Positions 51,992 through 62,228 of a DNA stretch of 64,000 bases are shown here, one piece after another. The number at the start of each line of letters is the position of its first letter. The stretch's first letter is position 1. The stretch is from Saccostrea echinata (taxonomy: Eukaryota). The stretch is from positions 1,798,001 through 1,862,000 of the forward strand of contig NW_026889825.1 of the NCBI RefSeq assembly GCF_033153115.1, in the 5' to 3' direction. The position numbers and the translations under genes are program-made. The notes beneath the pieces are model-generated. The model was not told where the DNA came from and did no database searches. It was given only the letters and a program-made list of their open reading frames with translations.

Positions 51992-52509
51992 TTAACATAA
52001 CTGCGCATTGCTGACCTCGATCAGCAGAGGTTTTCACGGGATAACAATTTCCCATTTTACCCTAAAAAAAGTAATATTTTTATAAAGTGTACTACTATTT
52101 ATGCCTGTTCAAATTCTTAATAAGATTCTATTAGAATAGTAATTGCTTTAGTCTGAAATGTATAAATGTCCTTGTTATTTCTTCCCAAAATACATTTTTT
52201 ATAACAAGTTATAACTGTATTTTTAAGCATACAAGTATTGTATTATGTACAGTTTAATAGTATTTTACATCAACTCGTAAGTTGAACATATTAGCCTAAA
52301 CATTTTCTGTTTGAAATCATCCAAAAATCTAATAAAATTCTTAAAACTTACATAGTGTTCCTATAGAAGTCTTGTGATCACCAAACAAAGTTTTGTCTAT
52401 TTATGTAATATCTACGTATAATATAAATACGTAGTTCACATGACAGTTCTTATATCAGAGATGGAGACAGCTGGTAGAATTGATGACAACTCCATTTTAG
52501 GTAGAAACA

Positions 52510-52512
<3 letters not shown>

Positions 52513-52552
<40 letters not shown>
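52513..52552. repeat. (TC)n microsatellite
   Basis: Direct reading. Confidence 0.95.
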
Positions 52553-52555
<3 letters not shown>

Positions 52556-52887
52556 GATCGATCGATCAACATTCTTTCCATCAATAAATTTTCTTTTTAA
52601 ACTGATGTAGAATTTCAAAATTTATCCTCACCACTCAGTAATAGATCATATAAAATGTTTACTTCAGAATCTGCAATATCAATTGCTCTCTGGTATCAAT
52701 TTAATTACGTTTATTTTTAAGAGAAAAAAAATCTTTGGAATGTCAATATCCTATAATGCATTCTACGCCTGTATAATACAAATTTTAATATAAAATGCGA
52801 TATATAAGATATATAAGATAAATTAAATTGGTTATATCTAATATACAAAAACAGTAAGATACAGTCAGCATTGCATCTACAATATTT

Positions 52888-52962
<75 letters not shown>

Positions 52963-52963
<1 letters not shown>

Positions 52964-54023
52964 GAGGGGCGTTCAAAAAATACGCGGACTAGTTGCAGAG
53001 AAAAAATATTTAGCGACAAAAACACACAAAAAGTCACACGTATTATAATACAATCTTTACTTTAGTGGTCAACAAAATTTCATGTCAATATATTGTAAAT
53101 AAATATCAATTTTGAGTGATTACTTCAGACCTATCAAGAAATCACGGCGCAGTTAAAGTGAAATCTGCGACGTCACGACATCATATAAAATATGCGATTT
53201 CATTTTCTCAAATAGTATTCTCTTTTTTGTTTGATACACAATTCGTGTCACTCTATCCACTTATAATAGACATCAATATATCATTCCTAAACCAGCTTGG
53301 CAACTATAAAACTAGAGAATTGTTTTAAATCTTGTTTGTTCTTAAACCCCAAAACTGCATCTACTTCTGAAATATTCTGTGACGTCGGTCGCCGTTAAAA
53401 CGGTAACAGTCCAGATCACGATTTTGTCGATGATCTTCTTCCGAACCCCCCCCCCCCCCCGAACGTTTTTAATAACGCCATATCGTCTGAAATTTTCTTG
53501 TGCTATTTGTAGACAGATGTCTGGCTTATCGCTGATTTATTACATGTTTAATCAAGTATATTTTGGGTCTCTGTTTGCGTTTTCCATATTCTACACATGA
53601 TTTGACAAACGTGCGCTGCTCCGTCGAATCACTCGACGTCATTTTTGCAGTTGTTTTTATAGGGAACACATCGGAGAAAAATAACAGTATTTCTGTTAAT
53701 ACTTGAAATATTACGTCAATAATTTTAATTCATAATTATGTAACAATATAAAGAATCTTTAGAGAAAATTGTCGAATAATCTCGCGAATTATAGAAAATT
53801 AATGAGAAAAATTATGGGTTCTGTGAGTTCGTTTTTCAAAAATTATTCCGTGCTCCGTACATCACCATCGGCAATAAGAAAACAACAATAATTTTAAGAG
53901 AAAATAATTATTATCAAAAAGTTGTTCCAAACTTTTACTAAAATCATTTATAAATATGTTTCTGTAAAATTTCATCGCTATTTAACGTCAGTAAAAGTAA
54001 ATAATAGCAGAGTCCGCGTAATT
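52963..54023. mobile_element. Tc1/mariner-type MITE next to a (TA)n tract; right end lost in gap (N 54024-54200)
   Basis: TA|CGAGGGGCGTTCAAAAAATACGCGGACT at left, inverted AGTCCGCGTA just before the gap; (TA)n at 52890-52962. Confidence 0.6.
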
Positions 54024-54713
54024 NNNNNNNNNNNNNNNNNNNNNNNNNNNNNNNNNNNNNNNNNNNNNNNNNNNNNNNNNNNNNNNNNNNNNNNNNNNNN
54101 NNNNNNNNNNNNNNNNNNNNNNNNNNNNNNNNNNNNNNNNNNNNNNNNNNNNNNNNNNNNNNNNNNNNNNNNNNNNNNNNNNNNNNNNNNNNNNNNNNNN
54201 CCTATGATTCTTTACAAAATAGATTACAGTTCATTTTCTCATGAACTACCATGGATGAGCATGAATATCTCTGTAATGGTGGATGATTTATAGTATCTAT
54301 ATATGTTATTAAATCTTTGTTATTTATTACAATGTATCTAGTCACGTATTAAAATGAATAATTATTGTAATATTGTGTTGTGTAACATTATACTATTATT
54401 ATTATACTACATTTAATGTCGGGTTCGTTGCCGACTTTGCGCGTGTGTCAGGCCGTTCGGGACAACGTCTGGACGTCTGTTAACGGCCTGACCACCGTGA
54501 CGTTCGCAACGGCCAGATTAGATCAGTGCTAGACTGAGACAAGCTGCGAGTAGGTATCCACCATCCCCTAGACTTGTAATATTGTTAATTGTAACTTATT
54601 TATTTATTTATTTCATTTAATAAACCTTTGTTAACCTTTAAAAATGTGTTTCTCTCTGTAAATCACTGAATCTGGATTAACATGGAAACGTACAGGTTTC
54701 CCGTTACATTTTT

Positions 54714-54728
54714 TGGGGGCTCGTCCGG
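54714..54728 (+). promoter_or_regulatory. Primer-binding site, tRNA-Pro
   Basis: TGGGGGCTCGTCCGG is complementary to the tRNA-Pro 3' end. Confidence 0.85.
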
Positions 54729-54873
54729 TGATTTACAGTTGAGAACATTTTTCGGTCTATTGTAAAAAAAAAACAAACAAACAAACAAACGTATCAACAA
54801 TTTATGTTCAGAATTTTAGGAGGTATTTAAAGAAAAACATTTTTTTTTTCTACATTGTATTTTTATGGTTTAA

Positions 54874-56854
54874 ATGGCGTCAACACTTTTCAGTAATCTG
54901 TCCAACAAATTTAGGCAATGGTTTAGCTTTCATGAACCGGAAGCAAGGGCTAGTACTAGTGAAGAAAGGAGCGGATCTCACGGAAATAAAAATATTTCCA
55001 ACAAAACTCAGGTAATTCAAAATCAGCACAATTTCTGCGATGCGGACATAAGATCAGATAGACCTACATGTATTCAAAGACCAATTGTTGACAATGACAT
55101 ACCTGTTTCATGTTTCGTGGAAAATAAAGAAGTTCATGCTTCTTGTAATGTTAGGCCTAATGCTAGTGCACCATACCGACAAGAAAACCATGGGGTTTTT
55201 CAAACAAGTCTGGAAAACGGTCACAATGTAGGGTTTGAACGAAATGTTCAGAACAATTTTGACTCATATCTGAGTGATAACATGTCCAATCCATATGAAA
55301 AACTGTCACAAAATAGCTCAGCTTCTCAGCGTATTTTCAATCGAGGCGATCACGTGACACAAAACGGGTACTGGGGTACAGAAAGGGGAGATAAAAACGA
55401 CCCATATTACTCTGGTCGAACCAGGGGAAATTATTTTGCACATAGTACACCTATGACAAATATTGAAAATCGAAATGTGGTGTCGAATTGTGAAACAAAT
55501 AAAACCCCTCATCGGGAGGTTACAAACAAAATGCAATATTTTGAACCAGAAAATAAAATTGAAGATGAAAGAGAAAATTACTTTTTCTCAAGATGCGGTC
55601 AAGATAATGTCACTTCTCTATATCCGAGATGGTCAGATGGGGATCAAAGTTCATTGAATATACCCTTCCCCAAATGTTCACTACAGTTCAGGGTCGAGAG
55701 TAGAAAATGATTATTTCGCTGAAAATAAATACGGCGCGCAGTCGGTCTATCCATTAGACTCAGAGGTTCGAACACCTTACCGGAATTATTTTGATCGGAA
55801 TGATCAAATACCTCCTGTTAAACATTCTTTTGAACCAATGAAAAACATGCCCAACAATGTGAAAAATTTTCAGAATTCTGAATGTCGTTTGATAAATGAC
55901 AATTTTAGCAAACAAATGTTTCCAACAGGTGCACAAACGTTCGAATGCCCTGGTCAATTGAATGCAAATAATTACTTTCTAGATCAAAGACGTAGACAAA
56001 GAAAAGAAAAAGAACCCGATCTTTTTACCGGAGAAAACGTGGAATGGGCAGATTATATTTGCCATTTTGAACAGGTGTCACTTTGGAACAAATGGTCAGA
56101 AAGAGAAAAAGCAGCACAACTCGCAATGAGTTTACGAGGTGCTGCTCAGCGAATTCTCGGTGATCTGTCTCGTGACCAGTTAACAAATTACGAATCTCTA
56201 AAATCAGTTCTAACGCAAAGATTCAATCCCTTAGAGCGCGAGACTGCTTTCCGCTGCGAGTTCCGGAACCGGAAACGACTTTCAGGAGAGACAGCAGCTG
56301 ACTATGACTACTCCTTAAAAAGACTAGCTACTCGCGCATTTCCGACAATACCAGTTTCACTTCGTGAGAGTATTGTTATTGAACAGTACATTAACGGACT
56401 AGGTAGTCAAGAAATAAGAAGACATGTGCAATTTGCACACCCTACTACGTTAGACAGGGCTATATCTCTTGCCCTGGAATTCGAGGCATTTGAAGGAGTT
56501 CAAAGTAATACTCCTCGCAAACCAAAAGATACTGAAATTCAGTCTGTCCGAGCGCTGAAAGCAACAAACGAGTCTAATAATCTTGAAAATAAAAGACTTT
56601 CAGAGTTAGAAAAATCGCTTGCTCTGATGCAAAAATCTATTCAAAAATTAACAGAAAGAGAGAACCAAAATGGCAGAATAATTTCTCGCCGTACGCAAGA
56701 TGAAACTCGAAAGAAAATCGTCAAATGCTATAACTGTAACCAAACAGGTCACATTAGTAAATTTTGCCCAAAGTCATTAACACCCATACTTGCATCAAGT
56801 CCTAGAAAGGTTACATTTTCGGATTCTGTCTCAAAATCTGGTGATTTAAACTAA
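54874..56854 (+). CDS. gag: Gag of element A, split by one frameshift (between about 55658 and 55710)
   Basis: ORF 54874-55710, then an open frame from about 55658 into 55838-56854 with a capsid-like region (EPDLF.G..W.DY..HFE) and CCHC knuckle CYNCNQTGHISKFC. Confidence 0.85.
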
Positions 56855-56889
56855 GTGGGGCTGAGCTCGGGGCCAAAAGCCCAGCTCAC
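56845..56889 (+). promoter_or_regulatory. -1 ribosomal frameshift signal (slippery U_UUA_AAC plus downstream stem-loop)
   Basis: TTTAAAC in the gag frame just before TAA; -1 frame is open into pol; GTGGGGCTGAGCT pairs with AGCCCAGCTCAC. Confidence 0.78.
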
Positions 56890-59800
56890 AACGATTTAAC
56901 TACTGAAAATTTGACAAGGCCCTCTGTAAGGTTGTCGGCAATCTCTAAGAGTTGTTGGTTTTCTATTGTTGAGATTGGTGGTTTGAGCGCAAACATGCTC
57001 ATTGATACCGGCTCATCGGTGTCTCTGTTATCAAAGGAGATATATGAGACTTTGAGTTTCAGACCGATCTTAACAAAAGTAGCAGACAAGTTAACCACAG
57101 CTGACGATGAACCCCTGCGTGTTTGTGGGAAATCGAATTTCCCGCTCCGAATGAATGGAGTAAATTTTAATTACCCAATTATAATTGCAGAATTGGGTGA
57201 TCTTCATGGTATATTGGGATTAGATTTTTTGTCTGACAACGAAATGGTAGTGGATACTTGTAGAGGAATTTTGATGTCCTCGCACTTTCAAATTCAGTTA
57301 TGCAGGGAAAATAGTTTAAATCATACGTGTGCAAGAGTTCAGATTTCTGAAAATGTTCGAATACCACCTAGGTCTGAGATGTTTATTACTGGCAATGTCA
57401 AAGGTAATATTTCGGATGATGTGACGTGCATCTTAGAGCCAGATAGGGACCAGACAGGACATGATGTCCTCATACCTAAATCAATTGTCAACATCACAAA
57501 ATCATCTGTGGTGTTTTCTGTCCTTAATCCTACTGACAATGATATACATTTGAAAAAAAATAAATGCATAGCTAGTATACAAGCTGTAGATTGTATCATA
57601 GACAATGATGATTGCAAAGGTTCGGGAGTAGAAAATAAAGATATGTCTTTACAATCAAGTGTACCAGATCATTTGCAATCGCTGCTAGAAAATGTGTCAA
57701 ATAAACTTTTATCTGTTGAGAAAAACGAGTTGAAACATTTTGTTTTACAATATTCTGACGTTTTTTTCGGATCTGACGGAAACTTAGGCCGAACTGACCT
57801 CACTGCTCATAAAATTGACACAGGGGGCGCGAAACCGATTAAGCTACCCCCAAGACGACTTCCAATATCTCAGCGAGATGTTGCTGAGCACGAAATAGAA
57901 AATATGTTACAGAAAGGAGTAATAGAACCTAGTAATTCTCCATGGGCTTCGCCCATTGTTCTAGTAAAGAAAAAGGACGACTCAACGCGTTTTTGCGTTG
58001 ATTATCGGCGCTTAAATGCTGTCACTGTGAAAGACGCATATCCACTGCCTAGAGTGGATGAATCTTTTGATTCACTAGCCGGTGCCAAATATTTCTGCAC
58101 ACTCGACTTAGCCAGCGGATACTGGCAAGTGGTTATGCATCCCGATGATAGACAAAAGACAGCCTTTGCTAGTCATAAGGGATTATATGAATTTACGGTA
58201 ATGCCTTTCGGACTGTCAAATAGTCCGGCAACGTTCGAACGATTAATGGAGATTGTACTTTGCGGACTCCAGTGGGAGAAATGTCTAGTCTATTTAGACG
58301 ATGTCATTGTTTTTGGAAAAACTTTTCAAGAAACTTTAGAGAATTTAAGATCAGTTTTCGACCGATTTAGGAGCGCAAAGTTAAAACTGAAACCTAAGAA
58401 ATGCGTTCTTTTCAAAGACGAAGTGTCATTTCTCGGTCACGTAGTCTCAGCTAACGGCATTCAGTGTGATCCGACGAAAATTATCGCGATTAAGGAATGG
58501 CCGGTACCCGAAAACATTTCGGATGTTAGAAGTTTTCTGGGACTTGCGTCGTATTATCGTAAATTCATATACAATTTCTCATCAATCGCTTACCCTTTAA
58601 CAAGACTAACACAGAAAAATAAACCATTTGAATGGACCGCAGAAAGTGAAAATGCTTTCACTACTCTTAAAAAGTTACTGACAGATACCCCGATACTATC
58701 ATATCCTGACATCAAGGAAACGTTTATTCTTGATACCGAAGCTAGCGCATTTGGCGTTGGTGCAGTCTTATCGCAGATACAAAACGGTCAAGAAAAGGTT
58801 ATAGCGTACGGAAGTAAAACACTGTCCAAATCTCAAAGCAAATACTGCACTACGTATCGCGAACTTCTGGCTGTTGTCATTTTCATTAAACACTTCAAGC
58901 ATTATCTTTATGGGAGACATTTTCTCCTACGCACCGACCATTCGTCTCTCCTTTGGCTGAAGAATTTTAAAGAACCGGAAGGGATGTTGGCCCGATGGCT
59001 TTCCTTTCTAGAGACGTACGATTTCGAGATTAAACATAGGAAAGGTTCTCTGCATGGAAATGCAGACGGTTTATCTAGACGCCCCTCGCGCCGATGTAAG
59101 AGATTTGACTGTAACCAATGTTACGGTACCTTGCCAAGCAGCAAAGACAATATCTCAGAGGAGTCAGATAGGCAAAACAATGCCTGTATCGAAACCAACC
59201 AAACAGTATCAGCAGTCACAAATAAACAAAACCAGAAAAATAAAAATGATCAAACATTGTTAAGTTCAAATTGGTTAGGTATTGATGTAGATATTGAACG
59301 TTTACAGTCAGAGGATGATACAATAAAAACAGTAAGAGATTTCTTGCTTGCGTCAAATGAACGTCCTAGATTAGCAACTTCAGACAAAGAACTTGATTTT
59401 CTGTTAAAGCAATGGTGGGTACTTGAGGTTAAAAATAATATCCTTTACGGAAAATGGGAGAATGAGGACAGGTCCATTACTTTGCAATTAGTTGTTCCGA
59501 AGTCAATTAGAAAAGAAATCATGATTCAGTTGCACAACAGTAGACTTGCTGGTCATCTGGGCCACGAGAAAACCCTAAAGAAAATTCGATCGCGATTTTA
59601 CTGGCCTGGTATGTCCACGGATATTCGTAGATGGTGCCAAAACTGTATGTTTTGCCAGAAACGGAAACCAGGCCCGGGGGTGGGAAAATCTCCAATGAAA
59701 CATGTAGATGTTTCAGCGCCTTTAGATGCTATTGCCATTGACATCATGGGTCCTCTACCTATTACGGAAAATGGAAATCAGTACATAATGGTCGTTGGTG

Positions 59801-60702
59801 ACTATTTCAGCAAATGGACCGAGGCATATGCATTGCCTGTACACACAGCTCAATCTGTAGCTGACAAATTAGTAACCGAGTTCATTTGCCGATTTGGTAC
59901 ACCTCTGCGTATCCATACAGATCAGGGACGCGAATTCGAATCCAACTTATTTTCAAAATTACGTCAGCTTTTAGAAATTGATAAGTCCCGTACTACACCG
60001 TACAGACCCCAATCTGACGGCATGATAGAAAGATTTAATAGAACTTTACAGCAAATGTTATCTATGTTTGTCAATGAAAATCAAAATGATTGGGATGATC
60101 ATCTCCCATATTTAACAATGGCATATAGAGCATCTGTACAAGAGAGCACAAAGTGTACCCCAAACAGAATAATGTTAGGAAGGGAAATTTCAGTTCCTAT
60201 TGATATTATGGTGGGATCACCATTAGATATACATAGATCCCCGTGCCCTGTTCTGTATGTAGACTGGATAGAAAAAGCTATGCAATTAGCTTTTGAGTTT
60301 GCACATGACAACCTACAATGTAGTTTTCAAAAACAAAAACACTATTATGACATGAAAACGAAACCTAGACAATTTGAAGTAGGTACTTTGGTACTACGTT
60401 GGTATCCACCAACTGGAAAACAAAAATTAGACTTAGGATGGACGGGTCCTTACGAAATTGTAAGGAAACTATCTGATATTACAGTTGAAATAAGAGACTG
60501 TAAAAGTTCTAAACTCAAAATTGTTCATATTGATCATCTTAAATTGTTCAAAATAAATGAAACAGAATCTCAGAGTGAATATTCTCAGTTGTATTCGGAC
60601 AAAAACTCTGTATCTGATGACAGTGTTGAAGACATGATAGAAAAGCAGTGTTTCACAAGAGCAGGAAGACTTGTAAAACCCCCGTCCAGATTTTCCCCAT
60701 AA
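56848..60702 (+). CDS. pol: Pol of element A (protease, RT, RNase H, integrase)
   Basis: LIDTGS, SPWASP, YLDD, DTEAS, HHCC, DIMGP/TDQG/IERFN, WTGPY. Confidence 0.95.
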   Translation, partial: KLSGAELGAKSPAHNDLTTENLTRPSVRLSAISKSCWFSIVEIGGLSANMLIDTGSSVSLLSKEIYETLSFRPILTKVADKLTTADDEPLRVCGKSNFPLRMNGVNFNYPIIIAELGDLHGILGLDFLSDNEMVVDTCRGILMSSHFQIQLCRENSLNHTCARVQISENVRIPPRSEMFITGNVKGNISDDVTCILEPDRDQTGHDVLIPKSIVNITKSSVVFSVLNPTDNDIHLKKNKCIASIQAVDCIIDNDDCKGSGVENKDMSLQSSVPDHLQSLLENVSNKLLSVEKNELKHFVLQYSDVFFGSDGNLGRTDLTAHKIDTGGAKPIKLPPRRLPISQRDVAEHEIENMLQKGVIEPSNSPWASPIVLVKKKDDSTRFCVDYRRLNAVTVKDAYPLPRVDESFDSLAGAKYFCTLDLASGYWQVVMHPDDRQKTAFASHKGLYEFTVMPFGLSNSPATFERLMEIVLCGLQWEKCLVYLDDVIVFGKTFQETLENLRSVFDRFRSAKLKLKPKKCVLFKDEVSFLGHVVSANGIQCDPTKIIAIKEWPVPENISDVRSFLGLASYYRKFIYNFSSIAYPLTRLTQKNKPFEWTAESENAFTTLKKLLTDTPILSYPDIKETFILDTEASAFGVGAVLSQIQNGQEKVIAYGSKTLSKSQSKYCTTYRELLAVVIFIKHFKHYLYGRHFLLRTDHSSLLWLKNFKEPEGMLARWLSFLETYDFEIKHRKGSLHGNADGLSRRPSRRCKRFDCNQCYGTLPSSKDNISEESDRQNNACIETNQTVSAVTNKQNQKNKNDQTLLSSNWLGIDVDIERLQSEDDTIKTVRDFLLASNERPRLATSDKELDFLLKQWWVLEVKNNILYGKWENEDRSITLQLVVPKSIRKEIMIQLHNSRLAGHLGHEKTLKKIRSRFYWPGMSTDIRRWCQNCMFCQKRKPGPGVGKSPMKHVDVSAPLDAIAIDIMGPLPITENGNQYIMVVGDYFSKWTEAYALPVHTAQSVADKLVTEFICRFGTPLRIHTDQGREFESNLFSKLRQLLEIDKSRTTPYRPQSDGMIERFNRTLQQMLSMFVNENQNDWDDHLPYLTMAYRASVQESTKCTPNRIMLGREISVPIDIMVGSPLDIHRSPCPVLYVDWIEKAMQLAFEFAHDNLQCSFQKQKHYYDMKTKPRQFEVGTLVLRWYPPTGKQKLDLGWTGPYEIVRKLSDITVEIRDCKSSKLKIVHIDHLKLFKINETESQSEYSQLYSDKNSVSDDSVEDMIEKQCFTRAGRLVKPPSRFSP

Positions 60703-60787
60703 ATAAGCATTTTTTTTAAGAAGGGAGGGGGGGGTATGTCTGTGTTATAAATAGTTTATAGTATTTCTTTTTATTTTATTTTAAAGG

Positions 60788-61693
60788 ATGGACTTTGAAG
60801 ATTTTACTTTAGATCTCCTGGTGGATGATAAAGAAATGGACTTCTTAGAAGACGCCCCTGTCTTTGCACCTCTAAGTTCTGAGACATCAAAGAACATTGA
60901 GTTCTTTTTCTCATCTGACATGACTTGTCCTGTGGATGGATGTCCTCCAGCACTGACTTTCAATACAAAGGCCAAATTTCAACGACACTGGATGGAGAAG
61001 CATCTCCCAGAGGTCATATCCTATTCATGCCCAGTAGTCAACTGCAAGGTCGCCTGCCGTAGACGGTATGATATGAAAGTTCATCTACTTCGCGTCCATG
61101 GGACCAGCAAAGGATTTGTGGAAAGTATTCTTTCCAAGAGTCAGAAAACATCAAGACCCAATGCATCTTTCATTCATCCTGGAAGTTACACATTCTACGG
61201 CAGGACCAGACCACCTGTGGCTAAGGATGCTCTTCCTCCAGTGCCGTTGACTTCTACATCTGTGCCTGTGGCCTTATCCTCCTCTCCTGTGGTGCCTGAT
61301 GAGGTTCCCCTTTCCGTTTCTGATGTGTTGGAACCACCTACCAAGAAGACCCTCACAGTTCAGGAGTACTTCTCTCGACCAGTGTCCTCGATTCTGCGAC
61401 CTCTCCATGTTTCTACCCAGACCAGGTGCCAGGATTTCCCTCCTTTTTCTCTTCCTGACGTCCCTGAGACGCAAGAAGAAATCCTAGCTTACATTCATTG
61501 GTTAGACAGCCTTTTCAACTCTATCAATCTCAAGAGGAAAACGGTCGAGGAAAAACTTGCGTGTTTGAAGACTACTTCCTCTGAACTTCTCGTGGAAAGG
61601 GAGAAAAGACGCAAACTGGAGGCCGAGAACCTGCGCCTGCGGAAGGAACTGGCGGACCTCAAAGCTGTTAATCTTTTGTTTCCTGAACTGTGA
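60788..61693 (+). CDS. ORF3 of element A: acidic N-terminus, two C2H2-like zinc fingers, Pro/Ser-rich linker, C-terminal coiled coil
   Basis: 301-aa uninterrupted ORF between pol and PPT; C-x4-C-x14-H-x4-H and C-x4-C-x12-H-x4-H; polypyrimidine tract and AG directly before the ATG. Confidence 0.8.
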   Translation: MDFEDFTLDLLVDDKEMDFLEDAPVFAPLSSETSKNIEFFFSSDMTCPVDGCPPALTFNTKAKFQRHWMEKHLPEVISYSCPVVNCKVACRRRYDMKVHLLRVHGTSKGFVESILSKSQKTSRPNASFIHPGSYTFYGRTRPPVAKDALPPVPLTSTSVPVALSSSPVVPDEVPLSVSDVLEPPTKKTLTVQEYFSRPVSSILRPLHVSTQTRCQDFPPFSLPDVPETQEEILAYIHWLDSLFNSINLKRKTVEEKLACLKTTSSELLVEREKRRKLEAENLRLRKELADLKAVNLLFPEL

Positions 61694-62228
61694 GGTATTG
61701 TTTCTTTCCATCATCCTTTCATCTGTGCTTGTGATTTAGAGACTGTATCTGGTGATCTGTAACTTGCAGATTTGTTTTGTAAACTGTAATTGTAATGAAA
61801 TAATTTCAAATCCTTTGTATTATAATGATACATGTACATGTTTTATATTATGTATAATATGGACTGTTAATTGAATTTCGAATATTCTTTGTTGCCAAAT
61901 ATGATGTTGTTACATATTGTTATGTATTGCAATGAATGCTTATAGCTGTTATAAAAAATTACTATCTTTATACTTATGTACTTGACTAATGTATGTGTCG
62001 CATACATTAGGTCTTAAGAAGGGGAGAGTGTAATGGTGGATGATTTATAGTATCTATATATGTTATTAAATCTTTGTTATTTATTACAATGTATCTAGTC
62101 ACGTATTAAAATGAATAATTATTGTAATATTGTGTTGTGTAACATTATACTATTATTATATTATTATTATACTACATTTAATGTCGGGTTCGTTGCCGAC
62201 TTTGCGCGTGTGTCAGGCCGTTCGGGAC

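Larger units (their letters stand above)
54272..62228 (+). mobile_element. Gypsy LTR retrotransposon A (5' LTR 54272-54708; 3' LTR from 62029, interrupted at 62228)
   Basis: TGTAATGG...CCGTTACA LTR ends; PBS; PPT AAGAAGGGGAGAG at 62016-62028; the first 200 bp of both LTRs match except a (TTA)n length change. Confidence 0.95.

Noticed and set aside
60788-61693. ORF3 as an envelope protein
   Set aside because: No signal peptide or transmembrane segment visible; zinc-finger and coiled-coil features instead
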